This document shows positions 18,000 to 26,515 of a stretch of DNA of 41,853 nucleotides, piece after piece. The notes beneath the pieces were generated by a model. That model searched no databases. It was not told where the DNA came from and saw only the letters and a list, made by a program, of their open reading frames with translations. The stretch spans positions 1 to 41,853 of the forward strand of contig JBDOIF010000112.1 of the NCBI GenBank assembly GCA_041082215.1, written 5' to 3'. This stretch comes from Anaerolineae bacterium (GTDB lineage Bacteria; Chloroflexota; Anaerolineae; B4-G1; DUEL01). Within the stretch, counting starts at the first letter, position 1. Each line of letters starts with the position of its first letter. The translations under genes were made by a program, and so were the position numbers.

Positions 18000-20366
18000 T
18001 CAGAAGGACTGATGCTCCGTCCGGGCGATGATCTCATCCTGGAGCGCCCGCGTCAGGTCGCAGAAGTAGTCGCTGTAGCCGGCCACCCGCACGATCAGGT
18101 TCCGGTACTGCTCCGGGTTCCGCTGGGCTGCCCGGAGCGTGGCCGCGTCCACTACATTGAACTGGATATGATGGCCGTCGAGCCGGAAGTAGGTGCGGAT
18201 GAGCTGGACCAGCTTATCCAGCCCTTCATCGCTCTGGAGCAGTTGAGGGGTGAACTTCTGGTTGAGCAGCGTGCCGCCGGTGCGGGCGTGGTCCATCTTT
18301 GCCACCGATTTGAGCACCGCCGTCGGCCCCTTCCGGTCCGCCCCCTGCACCGGTGAGACCCCCTCCGAGAGGGGGGTCCAGGCCCGCCGACCGTCCGGCG
18401 TGGCACCGGTCACCGAACCGAAGTAGACGTGGACGGTGGTGGGCAGGAGGTTGATGTGATAGGTCCCTCCCCTGGTATTGGGCCGCCCGTCTATCGCCCG
18501 GAAGTAGGCCTCGAAGGCATCCTGCATCACCCCGTCGGCGTAATCGTCGTCGTTGCCGTATTTGGGGGTTCGGTGCAGCAGCGTCTGCCGGAGCCGCTCG
18601 TGGCCTTCGAAGTCAGCCCGCAGCGCTGCCAGCAGCTCCTCCATCGTCACCGTCCCCTGGTCGAAGACGTGGTACCGGATGGCGGTCAGCGCATCGGTGA
18701 GGGTGCCCAGCCCCACCCCCTGAATGTAGGTCGAGTTGTAGCGGGCGCCGCCGTCGTGGTAGTCCCTGCCCCGGGCAATGCAGTCGTCAATGAGGAGGGA
18801 GAGGAAAGGAGCCGGCAGATAACGGGCGTACAGCCGCTCGATGACGTTGTTGCCCCGCACTTTGACGTCCACAAAATAGCGGAGCTGCTGCTCGTAGGCC
18901 GCAAATAGCTCCTCGAAGGAGGAAAAGCGGGTCGGGTCCCCCGTCTCCAGGCCGATCCGCCTCCCTGTCCGGGGATCCAGCCCGTTGTTCAGCGTGATCT
19001 CAAGGACCTTGGGCATATTCAGATAGCCGGTGAGGATGTAGCTTTCCTTGCCGAAGGCGCCGACCTCGACGCAGCCGCTGGAGCCGCCGTTGCGGGCGTC
19101 GGCGATGGATTTGCCCTGACGGACCAGCTCCTGAACGATCAGGTCAGCGTTGAAGACGGAGGGCTGGCCGAAGCCGGTGCGGATGATGCGGGCGGCCCGC
19201 TTGAGGAACTGATCGGGACTTTTCTTGCTCACCTGGATGGAGGCGCTGGGCTGCAATAGCCGCATCTCTTCGACCACGTCGAGGATCAGGTAGGTCAGCT
19301 CGTTGACGCCGTCGGAGCCATCCTCCCGCAGACCCCCCAGGTTGATCTGGGCAAAGTCGGTGTAGGTGCTGCTCTCCGCCGCCGTGACCCCCACCTTGGG
19401 TGGGGCAGGCTGGTTGTTGAACTTGATCCAGAGGCACTGGAGCAGCTCCTCCGCCTGCTCCCGGGTGAGGGTCCCCTCCTCCAGCCCCCTCCTGTAGAAG
19501 GGGTAGAGGTGCTGGTCCAGCCGGCCCGGGCTGAAGGCGTCCCACGTGTTCAGCTCCGTCGTCACGCCCAGATGGACGAACCAGTAGTACTGGAGCGCCT
19601 CCCAGAAATCGCGGGGCGGATAGGCGGGAACGCGGCGACAGACCTGAGCGATCCGCTCCAGCTCAGCCCGGCGCCGGGGGTCCTGCTCCTGCCGGGCCAT
19701 CTCTTCCGCCTTCTCCGCGTGCCGCTCGGCGAAACGGATCAGCGCGTCGGCGCAGATGAGCATCCCCTTCAGCTCTTCCTGCCTGTCGTATGCCTCCGGG
19801 TCGTTCAGATAATCCAGACTCTCCAGGCTGTGCTGGATGTCCTGCTTGAAGTCAAGGAACCCCTTGCGGTAGATTTTGTCGTCCAGCACCGTGTGGCCGG
19901 GGGCACGCTGTTCCATGAATTCGGTGAAGACCCCCGCCTCATATGCCGCCTTCCATTCCGCCGTCATCTCCCGAAAGATGAGGTCCCGCATAGACTTTCC
20001 CCGCCAGAAGGGGATGATCGTCTCTTCATAGACCCGGCGGGCCTCCTGGCTGACGCGGAAGGGGATCTTCTCCCGGGAGTCCAGGACCTCCAGGTCCTCC
20101 AGGCTGTGGCAGCAGAGTTCGGGGTAGGTGGGGGCGGCTTTGGGGGCTGGCCCCTTTTCGCCGACGATGAGTTCCCCTTCGCCGATGTAGATCGTCTTGT
20201 GCTCCATCAGGTACTGAAAGGCGAGGGCGCGACGCACCGGCGCGGAGATCGGCCCCAGGTCCTGCTGATAAAAAGCGGTCATCAGCTCCGCCCGTTCGGT
20301 GGAGAGCGTCGGTTGGGTTTCCACACTTTGTTGCCGCAGTCGAGCAACCCGCTCCGTCATCCCCAT
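18000..20366 (-). CDS. hypD: Glycyl radical enzyme, trans-4-hydroxy-L-proline dehydratase
   Basis: PTYPELCCH, EFMEQRAPGHTV, WDAF, KFNNQPAPPKVG, ESSTYTDFA, SGCVE, LLPTT, RVAGYS; match recalled C. difficile HypD motifs. Confidence 0.85.
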   Translation of the reverse strand: MGMTERVARLRQQSVETQPTLSTERAELMTAFYQQDLGPISAPVRRALAFQYLMEHKTIYIGEGELIVGEKGPAPKAAPTYPELCCHSLEDLEVLDSREKIPFRVSQEARRVYEETIIPFWRGKSMRDLIFREMTAEWKAAYEAGVFTEFMEQRAPGHTVLDDKIYRKGFLDFKQDIQHSLESLDYLNDPEAYDRQEELKGMLICADALIRFAERHAEKAEEMARQEQDPRRRAELERIAQVCRRVPAYPPRDFWEALQYYWFVHLGVTTELNTWDAFSPGRLDQHLYPFYRRGLEEGTLTREQAEELLQCLWIKFNNQPAPPKVGVTAAESSTYTDFAQINLGGLREDGSDGVNELTYLILDVVEEMRLLQPSASIQVSKKSPDQFLKRAARIIRTGFGQPSVFNADLIVQELVRQGKSIADARNGGSSGCVEVGAFGKESYILTGYLNMPKVLEITLNNGLDPRTGRRIGLETGDPTRFSSFEELFAAYEQQLRYFVDVKVRGNNVIERLYARYLPAPFLSLLIDDCIARGRDYHDGGARYNSTYIQGVGLGTLTDALTAIRYHVFDQGTVTMEELLAALRADFEGHERLRQTLLHRTPKYGNDDDYADGVMQDAFEAYFRAIDGRPNTRGGTYHINLLPTTVHVYFGSVTGATPDGRRAWTPLSEGVSPVQGADRKGPTAVLKSVAKMDHARTGGTLLNQKFTPQLLQSDEGLDKLVQLIRTYFRLDGHHIQFNVVDAATLRAAQRNPEQYRNLIVRVAGYSDYFCDLTRALQDEIIARTEHQSF

Positions 20367-20406
20367 CGTCCATCCTCCTGTCTTACCGGCAGCAACCCTT
20401 TTTGTT

Positions 20407-20434
20407 ATTCTACCCCGCCTTCCCCGATGTGCAA
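20407..20434 (-). promoter_or_regulatory. Sigma70-type promoter of hypD
   Basis: TTGCAC-16 nt-TAGAAT on the minus strand. Confidence 0.55.
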
Positions 20435-20468
20435 GGAGAAATCTCTGGCCCCGGGCAAGAGTTCGGAC

Positions 20469-20570
20469 AGGGTGAGAGAGCGACCCTCACCCCTCCCCCT
20501 ACCCCCTCCCGGGTGGGGTGAGGGGAATAGGGTGAGAGAGCCAACCTCACTCCTCCCCCCTGCCCCCTTC
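20469..20570. repeat. Tandem CCCTCACCC/GGGTGAG palindromic (REP-like) elements
   Basis: AGGGTGAGAGAGCnAnCCTCACnCCTCCCC occurs twice (about 20469 and 20529) with hairpin potential. Confidence 0.6.
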
Positions 20571-20700
20571 CGAAATCCGCTCGGGGGGACGTTCCGGCCA
20601 ACTGTGTTATAATGAGCCGCAGGCACGCGGCCGGTATGCCAGGCTCATCGTGCCTGTCCGTAGAGGAGGGCCAATGTCGCTCAGGGGTCCGGAAAACCGG

Positions 20701-21726
20701 ATGAGGCTTCTGGGGTGGCTGCTGCTCTTGCTGACCGCCTGCGTTGCCCGTCCCGTGGCCCAGCCGGCCACGCCATCCTCCCTGCCGGAGGAGACGTCCC
20801 CTTCCCCCCTCTCCCCCTTACCCTCCCCTTCTCCGCCTGCCATCCCGCCGTCTCCCGATCCATCCCCCACCCCTGCCCCCACACCCACGGTTCCTGCCCC
20901 CATCACCCATATCGTCCAGCCAGGCGATACGCTGCTGGGCCTGGCGATGGCCTATAGGGTGCCGATGGCGGCCATCCAGTTGAGCAACGGCCTGGGGGAT
21001 TCCACAGCTCTCTACGCGGGGCAGCGCCTTACCATCCCCTCAGCGACCGACTGGGAGGGAGCCTCTCCTTACTGGATCGTCCACATCGTTCGGGCGGGGG
21101 AGACCCTGATCGGCATCAGCCAGCAGTACGGCCTGGAGGTGGGGGCGGTTCAGGCAGCCAACGGGCTGGCCACGGCCGATGTCATCTATGCGGGGCAGGA
21201 GCTGGTGCTGCCGCTGGATCGGCTGGCCGTGACGGCTACCCCCCGGCCGACGCAGCCCCCCGCCCCTCCTTCGCCGTCCCCTCCCCAACCGGTCGCCCCG
21301 CCTGTGCCGCCTCCCCCGGATGTGGCAGCCTGGCCCGGCGAGGTGGCCCGGCTGATCAACCAGGTACGGGCCGCCCACGGCCTGCCGCCGCTGGGCTACG
21401 ATGAACGACTGGCAGCCGCGGCCCAGGCCCAGGCCAGCGACTGCTCACAGCGGGGATGGTGCAGCCACGCTGGCTCCGACGGCTCCACCGCCGCCCAGCG
21501 CATCCGACGGGCCGGGTACGAGGCCGCCTTCACGGCGGAATGCTGGGTGTGGACGGCAACGCCCCAGAGAGCCGTGGAGCTGTGGATGGATGAGGTGCCC
21601 CCCAACGACCCCCATCGGCGCACCCTGCTCAGCCCGACCCTCACCCAGGTCGGTGTGGGGATCGCTCCGGCGACCTGGGGGTATTACTTCGTCGCCGACT
21701 TCGGCAGGCCGGCCGCCTCCCCCTGA
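20701..21726 (+). CDS. Lipoprotein with two LysM domains and a C-terminal CAP domain
   Basis: Lipobox LTAC, HIVQPGDTL and HIVRAGETL LysM repeats, Pro/Thr linkers, CAP motifs (LINQVRA, SHAGSDGS, PHRRTLL). Confidence 0.88.
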   Translation: MRLLGWLLLLLTACVARPVAQPATPSSLPEETSPSPLSPLPSPSPPAIPPSPDPSPTPAPTPTVPAPITHIVQPGDTLLGLAMAYRVPMAAIQLSNGLGDSTALYAGQRLTIPSATDWEGASPYWIVHIVRAGETLIGISQQYGLEVGAVQAANGLATADVIYAGQELVLPLDRLAVTATPRPTQPPAPPSPSPPQPVAPPVPPPPDVAAWPGEVARLINQVRAAHGLPPLGYDERLAAAAQAQASDCSQRGWCSHAGSDGSTAAQRIRRAGYEAAFTAECWVWTATPQRAVELWMDEVPPNDPHRRTLLSPTLTQVGVGIAPATWGYYFVADFGRPAASP

Positions 21727-21735
21727 TCGAACGGC

Positions 21736-22116
21736 TCACTCCCCCTCCACCACCTGCCGGAAGAGGAACCAGTCCCCCTTGCGGTGGTCAGGTCCGCGCG
21801 GCGCCCGGTCGTAGTACAGATCGAACACCTCTCCCGTATCGGTGCGGACCCGGTAGTAGTCCCGTCCCACGCCCCACGACCCCCGTCGCTGGGCCGCCTT
21901 GGCCCTGTAGGAGCCCCGCTCTTTGATGTAGAAAGCCAGGCTCTTCCCCCGCAGCCGGTAGTCGTGCCACTCCCGCAGGACGGCAACCACCCGGTAGATC
22001 CGCCCCGCCCAGATAAAGCCGTCCGGCACCCCCGACCGCTTCTCCAGCGATGGCGGGCGATCGAAGAGCGCCTCGACCGGCTCGCCGATAAAGCGGACGG
22101 GAAGTTCACCCCCCAT
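21736..22116 (-). CDS. DUF6504-family protein
   Basis: FIGEPV..P..F.W.GR.Y.V..V...W...GRDYYRV......FDLYYD...W pattern. Confidence 0.75.
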   Translation of the reverse strand: MGGELPVRFIGEPVEALFDRPPSLEKRSGVPDGFIWAGRIYRVVAVLREWHDYRLRGKSLAFYIKERGSYRAKAAQRRGSWGVGRDYYRVRTDTGEVFDLYYDRAPRGPDHRKGDWFLFRQVVEGE

Positions 22117-22915
22117 GTCCCCCCTCTCCCAGGAGCGAGCGGATGAGATTGACCTTGGCGAAATGCCCCCGCGTGATCCGGCTCATCGGACCTTCAGGTC
22201 CCAGAAGTCGCTCTGTCACTTCCCGGAGCGAAAGCCCCTGCTCCCGGAGCGCCCGGGCCTGTTCAGCCACCTCTTCCCAGTAGGCGATCTTTCGTTCGAT
22301 GGCCCCGCAGGCGTCTTCTACCAGCCCCGCATGGGAGCAGATGAGGAGCCGCGGCCGGAGCGCCACCACCCGCCGCAGCGAGTCCAGGGTGGTGAGGGCG
22401 TCTTCGTCGGCCCGGAGGTAACGGACCCGTTCGTGGATGAAGAGGTCGCCGCTGAAAAGCCACCCCTCCTGTGGCTCGAAGAGACAGATGTGGTCGGGGC
22501 AGTGGCCAGGGGTGGGGATCACCTGGAAGCGGTATCGCCCCGTCTCGACAACCTCCCCCAGTGGCTCGATGGAGACGTTCCCCGGCTGCCCCCAGACCAG
22601 CCAGCGGTAGAACTCCAGACGGGGAAAGTGGGCCAGGATAGGGACCGCCTTCGGCGGAGCGGCGATCGGCACTCCCAGCTCCCGCTGGAGCCGCCCGTCG
22701 CCGCCGGCATGGTCCTCGTGGTGGTGGGTGTTGACCACCCGTTGCACGCCCTTTCCCCGACACCATGCGACCAGCTCGCGGGCAGTGCCAGGGCAACCCG
22801 TGTCTATGAGCAGGCCGTCCACCAGATAGGCGTTGACGGTATACAGAGCGCGGCCCAGGAAGGTCCGCGCCAGATGGATGCGGGTGATGGGGCCGTGGTT
22901 TGTGCTGTGAAGCAT
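22106..22915 (-). CDS. Metallo-beta-lactamase-fold hydrolase
   Basis: IDTG, THHHEDHAGG, TPGHCPDH, FSGD, CSH; start ATG 22915 after GGAGG. Confidence 0.88.
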   Translation of the reverse strand: MLHSTNHGPITRIHLARTFLGRALYTVNAYLVDGLLIDTGCPGTARELVAWCRGKGVQRVVNTHHHEDHAGGDGRLQRELGVPIAAPPKAVPILAHFPRLEFYRWLVWGQPGNVSIEPLGEVVETGRYRFQVIPTPGHCPDHICLFEPQEGWLFSGDLFIHERVRYLRADEDALTTLDSLRRVVALRPRLLICSHAGLVEDACGAIERKIAYWEEVAEQARALREQGLSLREVTERLLGPEGPMSRITRGHFAKVNLIRSLLGEGGHGG

Positions 22916-22950
22916 GCGGGACTTCCTCCCCAGGGATGGCTGGCGGGGAT

Positions 22951-22979
22951 AGGGTACCACGGCTGGCGGTGTTTGTCAA
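22951..22979 (-). promoter_or_regulatory. Possible internal promoter for the MBL and DUF6504 genes
   Basis: TTGACA (overlapping the radical SAM stop)-17 nt-TACCCT. Confidence 0.45.
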
Positions 22980-24109
22980 AAGAGGGGCAGTTGCCGGACC
23001 GGTCGGTGGCCATCCAGCAGGATGAAAGGGGCGGCCCGGTCGGCGGCGATGCCCAGCCTGCGCAGGTCGCTCAGGTCGCGGAGCCGGCCCTGCCGACGGG
23101 CGGTGAGGAGCTGCTGGGCCCCTTTCGGCCCGATCCCCGGCACCCGCAGAAGCGTCTCCCGGTCCGCCTCGTTGACCTCCACCGGGGTCCCGACCAGGTG
23201 CTGGCGGGCCCAGGCCAGCTTGGGGTCTTCTCCCAGCGGGAGGTTCCCATCGGGTTCGAACGGCAGCTCCTCGACGCCGAAGCCGTAATCCCGCAGGAGG
23301 AAGGAAGCCTGATAGAGGCGGTGCTCCCGCAGGGGGGAGGCAGGAGGCAGGTTTTCGAAGGGAGTATCGGCAACCGGTCGGAAGCCGCTGAAGTAGGCGC
23401 GGGCCAGCCCCAGGTTGCGGTAAAGGAAGTCGGTGGTCGTCAACAGCTCCAGGTCGCTCTCCCCCGCTGCCCCGACGACGAACTGGGTGGTGGCGCTCGG
23501 TCGGCGGCCCGGAACCTGATGGCGCAGGCGAGCGATCCAGCGCAGCCGCTGGAGCAGCTCTTCGGTGAACATCTTGTGGGGGGCCAGGCGGGCCAGGCGG
23601 CGGTCGTTGGGGGCCTCCAGATTGACCGAGAGCCGGTCGGCCAGCCTTGCCGCCGCTGCTACCTGGTCCTGCTCTGCGCCAGGCATGATTTTGAGGTGGA
23701 TGTAGCCCTGAAACCCCCGCCGGCGGAGGATCTCCGCCGTGGCGATCAGCCGGTCCTGCGTGCGCACGCCCCCTCCGGCCAGGGCGGAGCTGAGGAAGAT
23801 CCCCTCGGCGATCCCCCGTCGGTGGAGTTCGAGGAACAGGGAGGCCAGCTCGTCGGGGGTGAAGGCAGCGCGGCGGAAATCCCGCCCGGCGCGGAAGGGA
23901 CAGTAGAAACAATCCCGCTCGCAGGCGGAGGTCAGCAGGGTCTTCAGAAGGGCAATCCGCCGGCCCCCCGGCATCACGGCGTGATGGATACAGCCGGAGA
24001 GGTCGAACGGTGGGCGGGCCGGTGACGATGAACCGCTCATCCCCACCTCCTCCGCGGGCTCATAACAGGTCGCCGGCCCCAATAACCGCAGCTTCTCCAG
24101 AGGCTCCAT
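22976..24109 (-). CDS. Putative DNA modification/repair radical SAM protein with C-terminal HhH (TIGR03916-like)
   Basis: LLKTLLTSACERDCFYC, YIHLKIMPGA, REHRLYQASFLLRDYGF, DPKLAWA, LLRVPGIGPKGA. Confidence 0.85.
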   Translation of the reverse strand: MEPLEKLRLLGPATCYEPAEEVGMSGSSSPARPPFDLSGCIHHAVMPGGRRIALLKTLLTSACERDCFYCPFRAGRDFRRAAFTPDELASLFLELHRRGIAEGIFLSSALAGGGVRTQDRLIATAEILRRRGFQGYIHLKIMPGAEQDQVAAAARLADRLSVNLEAPNDRRLARLAPHKMFTEELLQRLRWIARLRHQVPGRRPSATTQFVVGAAGESDLELLTTTDFLYRNLGLARAYFSGFRPVADTPFENLPPASPLREHRLYQASFLLRDYGFGVEELPFEPDGNLPLGEDPKLAWARQHLVGTPVEVNEADRETLLRVPGIGPKGAQQLLTARRQGRLRDLSDLRRLGIAADRAAPFILLDGHRPVRQLPLF

Positions 24110-24118
24110 TCTTCAATA

Positions 24119-24146
24119 ATTATAGGAACATTCGTTCTAATGTCAA
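24119..24146 (-). promoter_or_regulatory. Consensus sigma70 promoter with a LexA (SOS) box in its spacer
   Basis: Minus strand TTGACA-16 nt-TATAAT; GAACATTCGTTC (GAAC-N4-GTTC) at 24126-24137; ATG 9 nt after the -10. Confidence 0.85.
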
Positions 24147-24212
24147 GTGCTGCCCGCCTTGCACACTGCAACCCTTGACTTCGACTGTCCCCGCGCCACC
24201 CACCCCGGGATG

Positions 24213-24992
24213 TCACCCCCTTTCCGAAGATAGCCACCGGTATCCACTCAATGCCCAGAGGATCACGTTCGTCCCATAGAAAACCCACACGACGCGGAAC
24301 ATAATCTCCGAAATGGTCCCCAGGCCCAGGTTGTAGACCTCGCCGGTGATCTCTGTAGCAAACCAGCAGGTGGCAGCGACAGCGGCCATCCAGCCATTGG
24401 GGCCAGGCAGGAGCCTGTGGCGAACGGTCTCCCAGGCCAGCCACGCGGTGGTGCAGAAGAAAGCGGTGTAGACCGGAGCGATCACGGCGTGTCCCACCCG
24501 CACAATCTCCCGCCACAAAAGAAACAGGAGGATTGCCGCTATGCCAAAGATGAGAAGCGGGAGCCAGAGATTCTTCCAAACGCCGCCTTCATTTTTCCAG
24601 CCCGGCGCGCCGTGGCCGACCAGGCGCAGGATGAGAAAGAGGTGAGCCAGGATGGAGAGCACACCTCCAATCATAAAGACCGGCGAGCCGACACCCACAT
24701 TCGGGTTGACGGCCACGACGCTCATCAGGATGTCGGTGGGCAGCATACAGCAAAAGGCCGCCAGAAGCAGCCCCCAGTCGCGATGGCTCAGCCGTTCCCG
24801 ACCGATGCTCAGTACCAGCAGCATTGCCAGCAGGGTAATGAACGGCTTGCCGACCGCCGGGTAGAGGGCATGGGTGCCGAGGAAGTAGTTCGCCCAATCC
24901 ACGCCGAACACCGAGCCAGCCAGAAGCAAGGCCGCACCGATCAGCGAGAAGACCCAGATTCGCTTCCGACCCTGGAGAGGATGGAATGTCAA
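24213..24992 (-). CDS. Multi-pass membrane protein, possibly YhhN/lysoplasmalogenase-like
   Basis: About 8 TM helices, KP in helix 2, D and H in conserved-looking positions; TTG start after AGGAGG. Confidence 0.55.
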   Translation of the reverse strand: MTFHPLQGRKRIWVFSLIGAALLLAGSVFGVDWANYFLGTHALYPAVGKPFITLLAMLLVLSIGRERLSHRDWGLLLAAFCCMLPTDILMSVVAVNPNVGVGSPVFMIGGVLSILAHLFLILRLVGHGAPGWKNEGGVWKNLWLPLLIFGIAAILLFLLWREIVRVGHAVIAPVYTAFFCTTAWLAWETVRHRLLPGPNGWMAAVAATCWFATEITGEVYNLGLGTISEIMFRVVWVFYGTNVILWALSGYRWLSSERG

Positions 24993-25214
24993 GGGGGACC
25001 TCCTGTAGCTTCTAGGCACAACCTGAGCAAGCCTGTCGCCGACTTCCGGCCATTCCGGAGACGGTCGCGTTCAGGCTGAGGGGGCTTTCTCCAACAGACA
25101 GACTCCCTACGGCTGCCGGTCCCACCGGGACTGCCGGGGTTCGGGATCGGGGCCGAAGTCCTGCCCCGTGATAGCGATCAGCGCCTCCAGTACGGCCTGG
25201 CGCATCCATGGAGA

Positions 25215-25586
25215 TCACTCCCGCGCAATGCGCACAGGCGCCCCATCCGGCACGGTGCGGAAGCGCGTCGCGTCGCCCAGGACACGCCCGACCACGTTGA
25301 CGGGGCTGTACGCCCGCGGCTCATCGCCCTCACTCGCCGGCGTCGGCCCGAAGAAGATGCAGAAAGCGCGGCCCGCGGGCCAGTAGCCCAGCTCGCCTAC
25401 CCCCACCTCAGCCCGTGCATCGGGTTCCGCGCCCACCTGCAACGGAATCTCAAAGTAGATTTCGTCGCCCCAGGTGTTGGCCCGGCCTTCGATCGGCAAA
25501 AGCTCCCAGATTCGCCGGGCCGTGTCGCTTTCGTTCAGCTCGGCCGGCAAGGATACATTGCCAGCAGCGATGCGAATACGCCTCAT
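25215..25586 (-). CDS. Cyclophilin-like fold protein
   Basis: LPIEGRANTWGDEIYF, YWPAGRAFCIFFGPTP, SPVNVVG; ATG 25586 after GAGG RBS. Confidence 0.82.
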   Translation of the reverse strand: MRRIRIAAGNVSLPAELNESDTARRIWELLPIEGRANTWGDEIYFEIPLQVGAEPDARAEVGVGELGYWPAGRAFCIFFGPTPASEGDEPRAYSPVNVVGRVLGDATRFRTVPDGAPVRIARE

Positions 25587-25816
25587 CGCTCCCTCCTCAC
25601 TAACCGATCCCGCAGCCCTGGTCCGACACCCAGCGACCAGGGGACCAGCTCCTCCACTGGCACTGTCTGCCCGATAATCCGCACCTGTCAGCCCCAGTAT
25701 AGCACAGAGAATGACAAATGACACAAACAATTGATCCTGCCGATTTTGATTTTCGCAAGGTTGTCTGGATTGTCAAGGCCCGTCAACCGAAATACACCTG
25801 GTCACTGACATCTTCC

Positions 25817-25868
25817 TTGACGCAGGAACCCATCAGTGGTATAATCGTTATGAATGAACGTTCATTCA
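25817..25868 (+). promoter_or_regulatory. Promoter and TetR operator of the ABC exporter operon
   Basis: TTGACG-17 nt-TATAAT (25817-25845) followed by the perfect 18-bp palindrome TGAATGAACGTTCATTCA (25851-25868). Confidence 0.85.
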
Positions 25869-25885
25869 ACAACGGGGGAGTGCCG

Positions 25886-26515
25886 ATGGAGGGTACGGTC
25901 GCACCGGAAAGCCCGACGGAGGTCCGTCGGGAACAGATCCTGGAAGCCGCCGCTGCCGTCTTTGCCGAAAAGGGGTATCAGCGGGCCACGGTGAAGGAGA
26001 TCGCCGCCCGGGCGGGCATCGCGCCGGGTACCATTTACCTCTATTTCGAGAACAAGCGGGACCTCCTGCTGGCCATCGCCGACCGGCTGATCGCCCATCC
26101 GGTGGATGAGATGCTCGCCCACGCCTCTCACCTGGATGCAGAGGGCTACATCGCCGCCATTATGTACAACCGCATCCACTTCGCCCGGCAGAACCGGGCC
26201 CTCCTCCAGGCCCTGATCCCCGAAATCTGGACCGATTCCGAGCTTCGGGAGCGGTTCTTCACCCAGATACTGGTCCCTATCTTCGCCTCCGGGGCCCGCT
26301 ACCTCCAGGCGTGGGTGGCGGAGGGGAAGCTGCGCCCCTGCCGGGTGGAGATCGTCATCCCCGCCGTCGCTGGCTCCATCATCGCCCTCGCCATCCTGCG
26401 TGCCTGGGTCCCGGAGCTTCTCCCTTCCCCTATCTCCGATGAAGACATAGTGGAGGAGCTGACCCGGCTCTACCTCTACGGCCTCCAGCCCGGCGCAGAG
26501 GAGGTGGACGGATGA
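25886..26515 (+). CDS. TetR/AcrR-family transcriptional regulator
   Basis: RREQILEAAAAVFAEKGY, IAARAGIAPGTIYLYF.NK; start corrected to ATG 25886. Confidence 0.93.
   Translation: MEGTVAPESPTEVRREQILEAAAAVFAEKGYQRATVKEIAARAGIAPGTIYLYFENKRDLLLAIADRLIAHPVDEMLAHASHLDAEGYIAAIMYNRIHFARQNRALLQALIPEIWTDSELRERFFTQILVPIFASGARYLQAWVAEGKLRPCRVEIVIPAVAGSIIALAILRAWVPELLPSPISDEDIVEELTRLYLYGLQPGAEEVDG

Noticed and set aside
22976..24109. Radical SAM gene as the missing HypD activase
   Set aside because: Its motifs (REHRLYQA, DPKLAWA, HhH) and LexA box fit the DNA-associated family, not PflA-like activases
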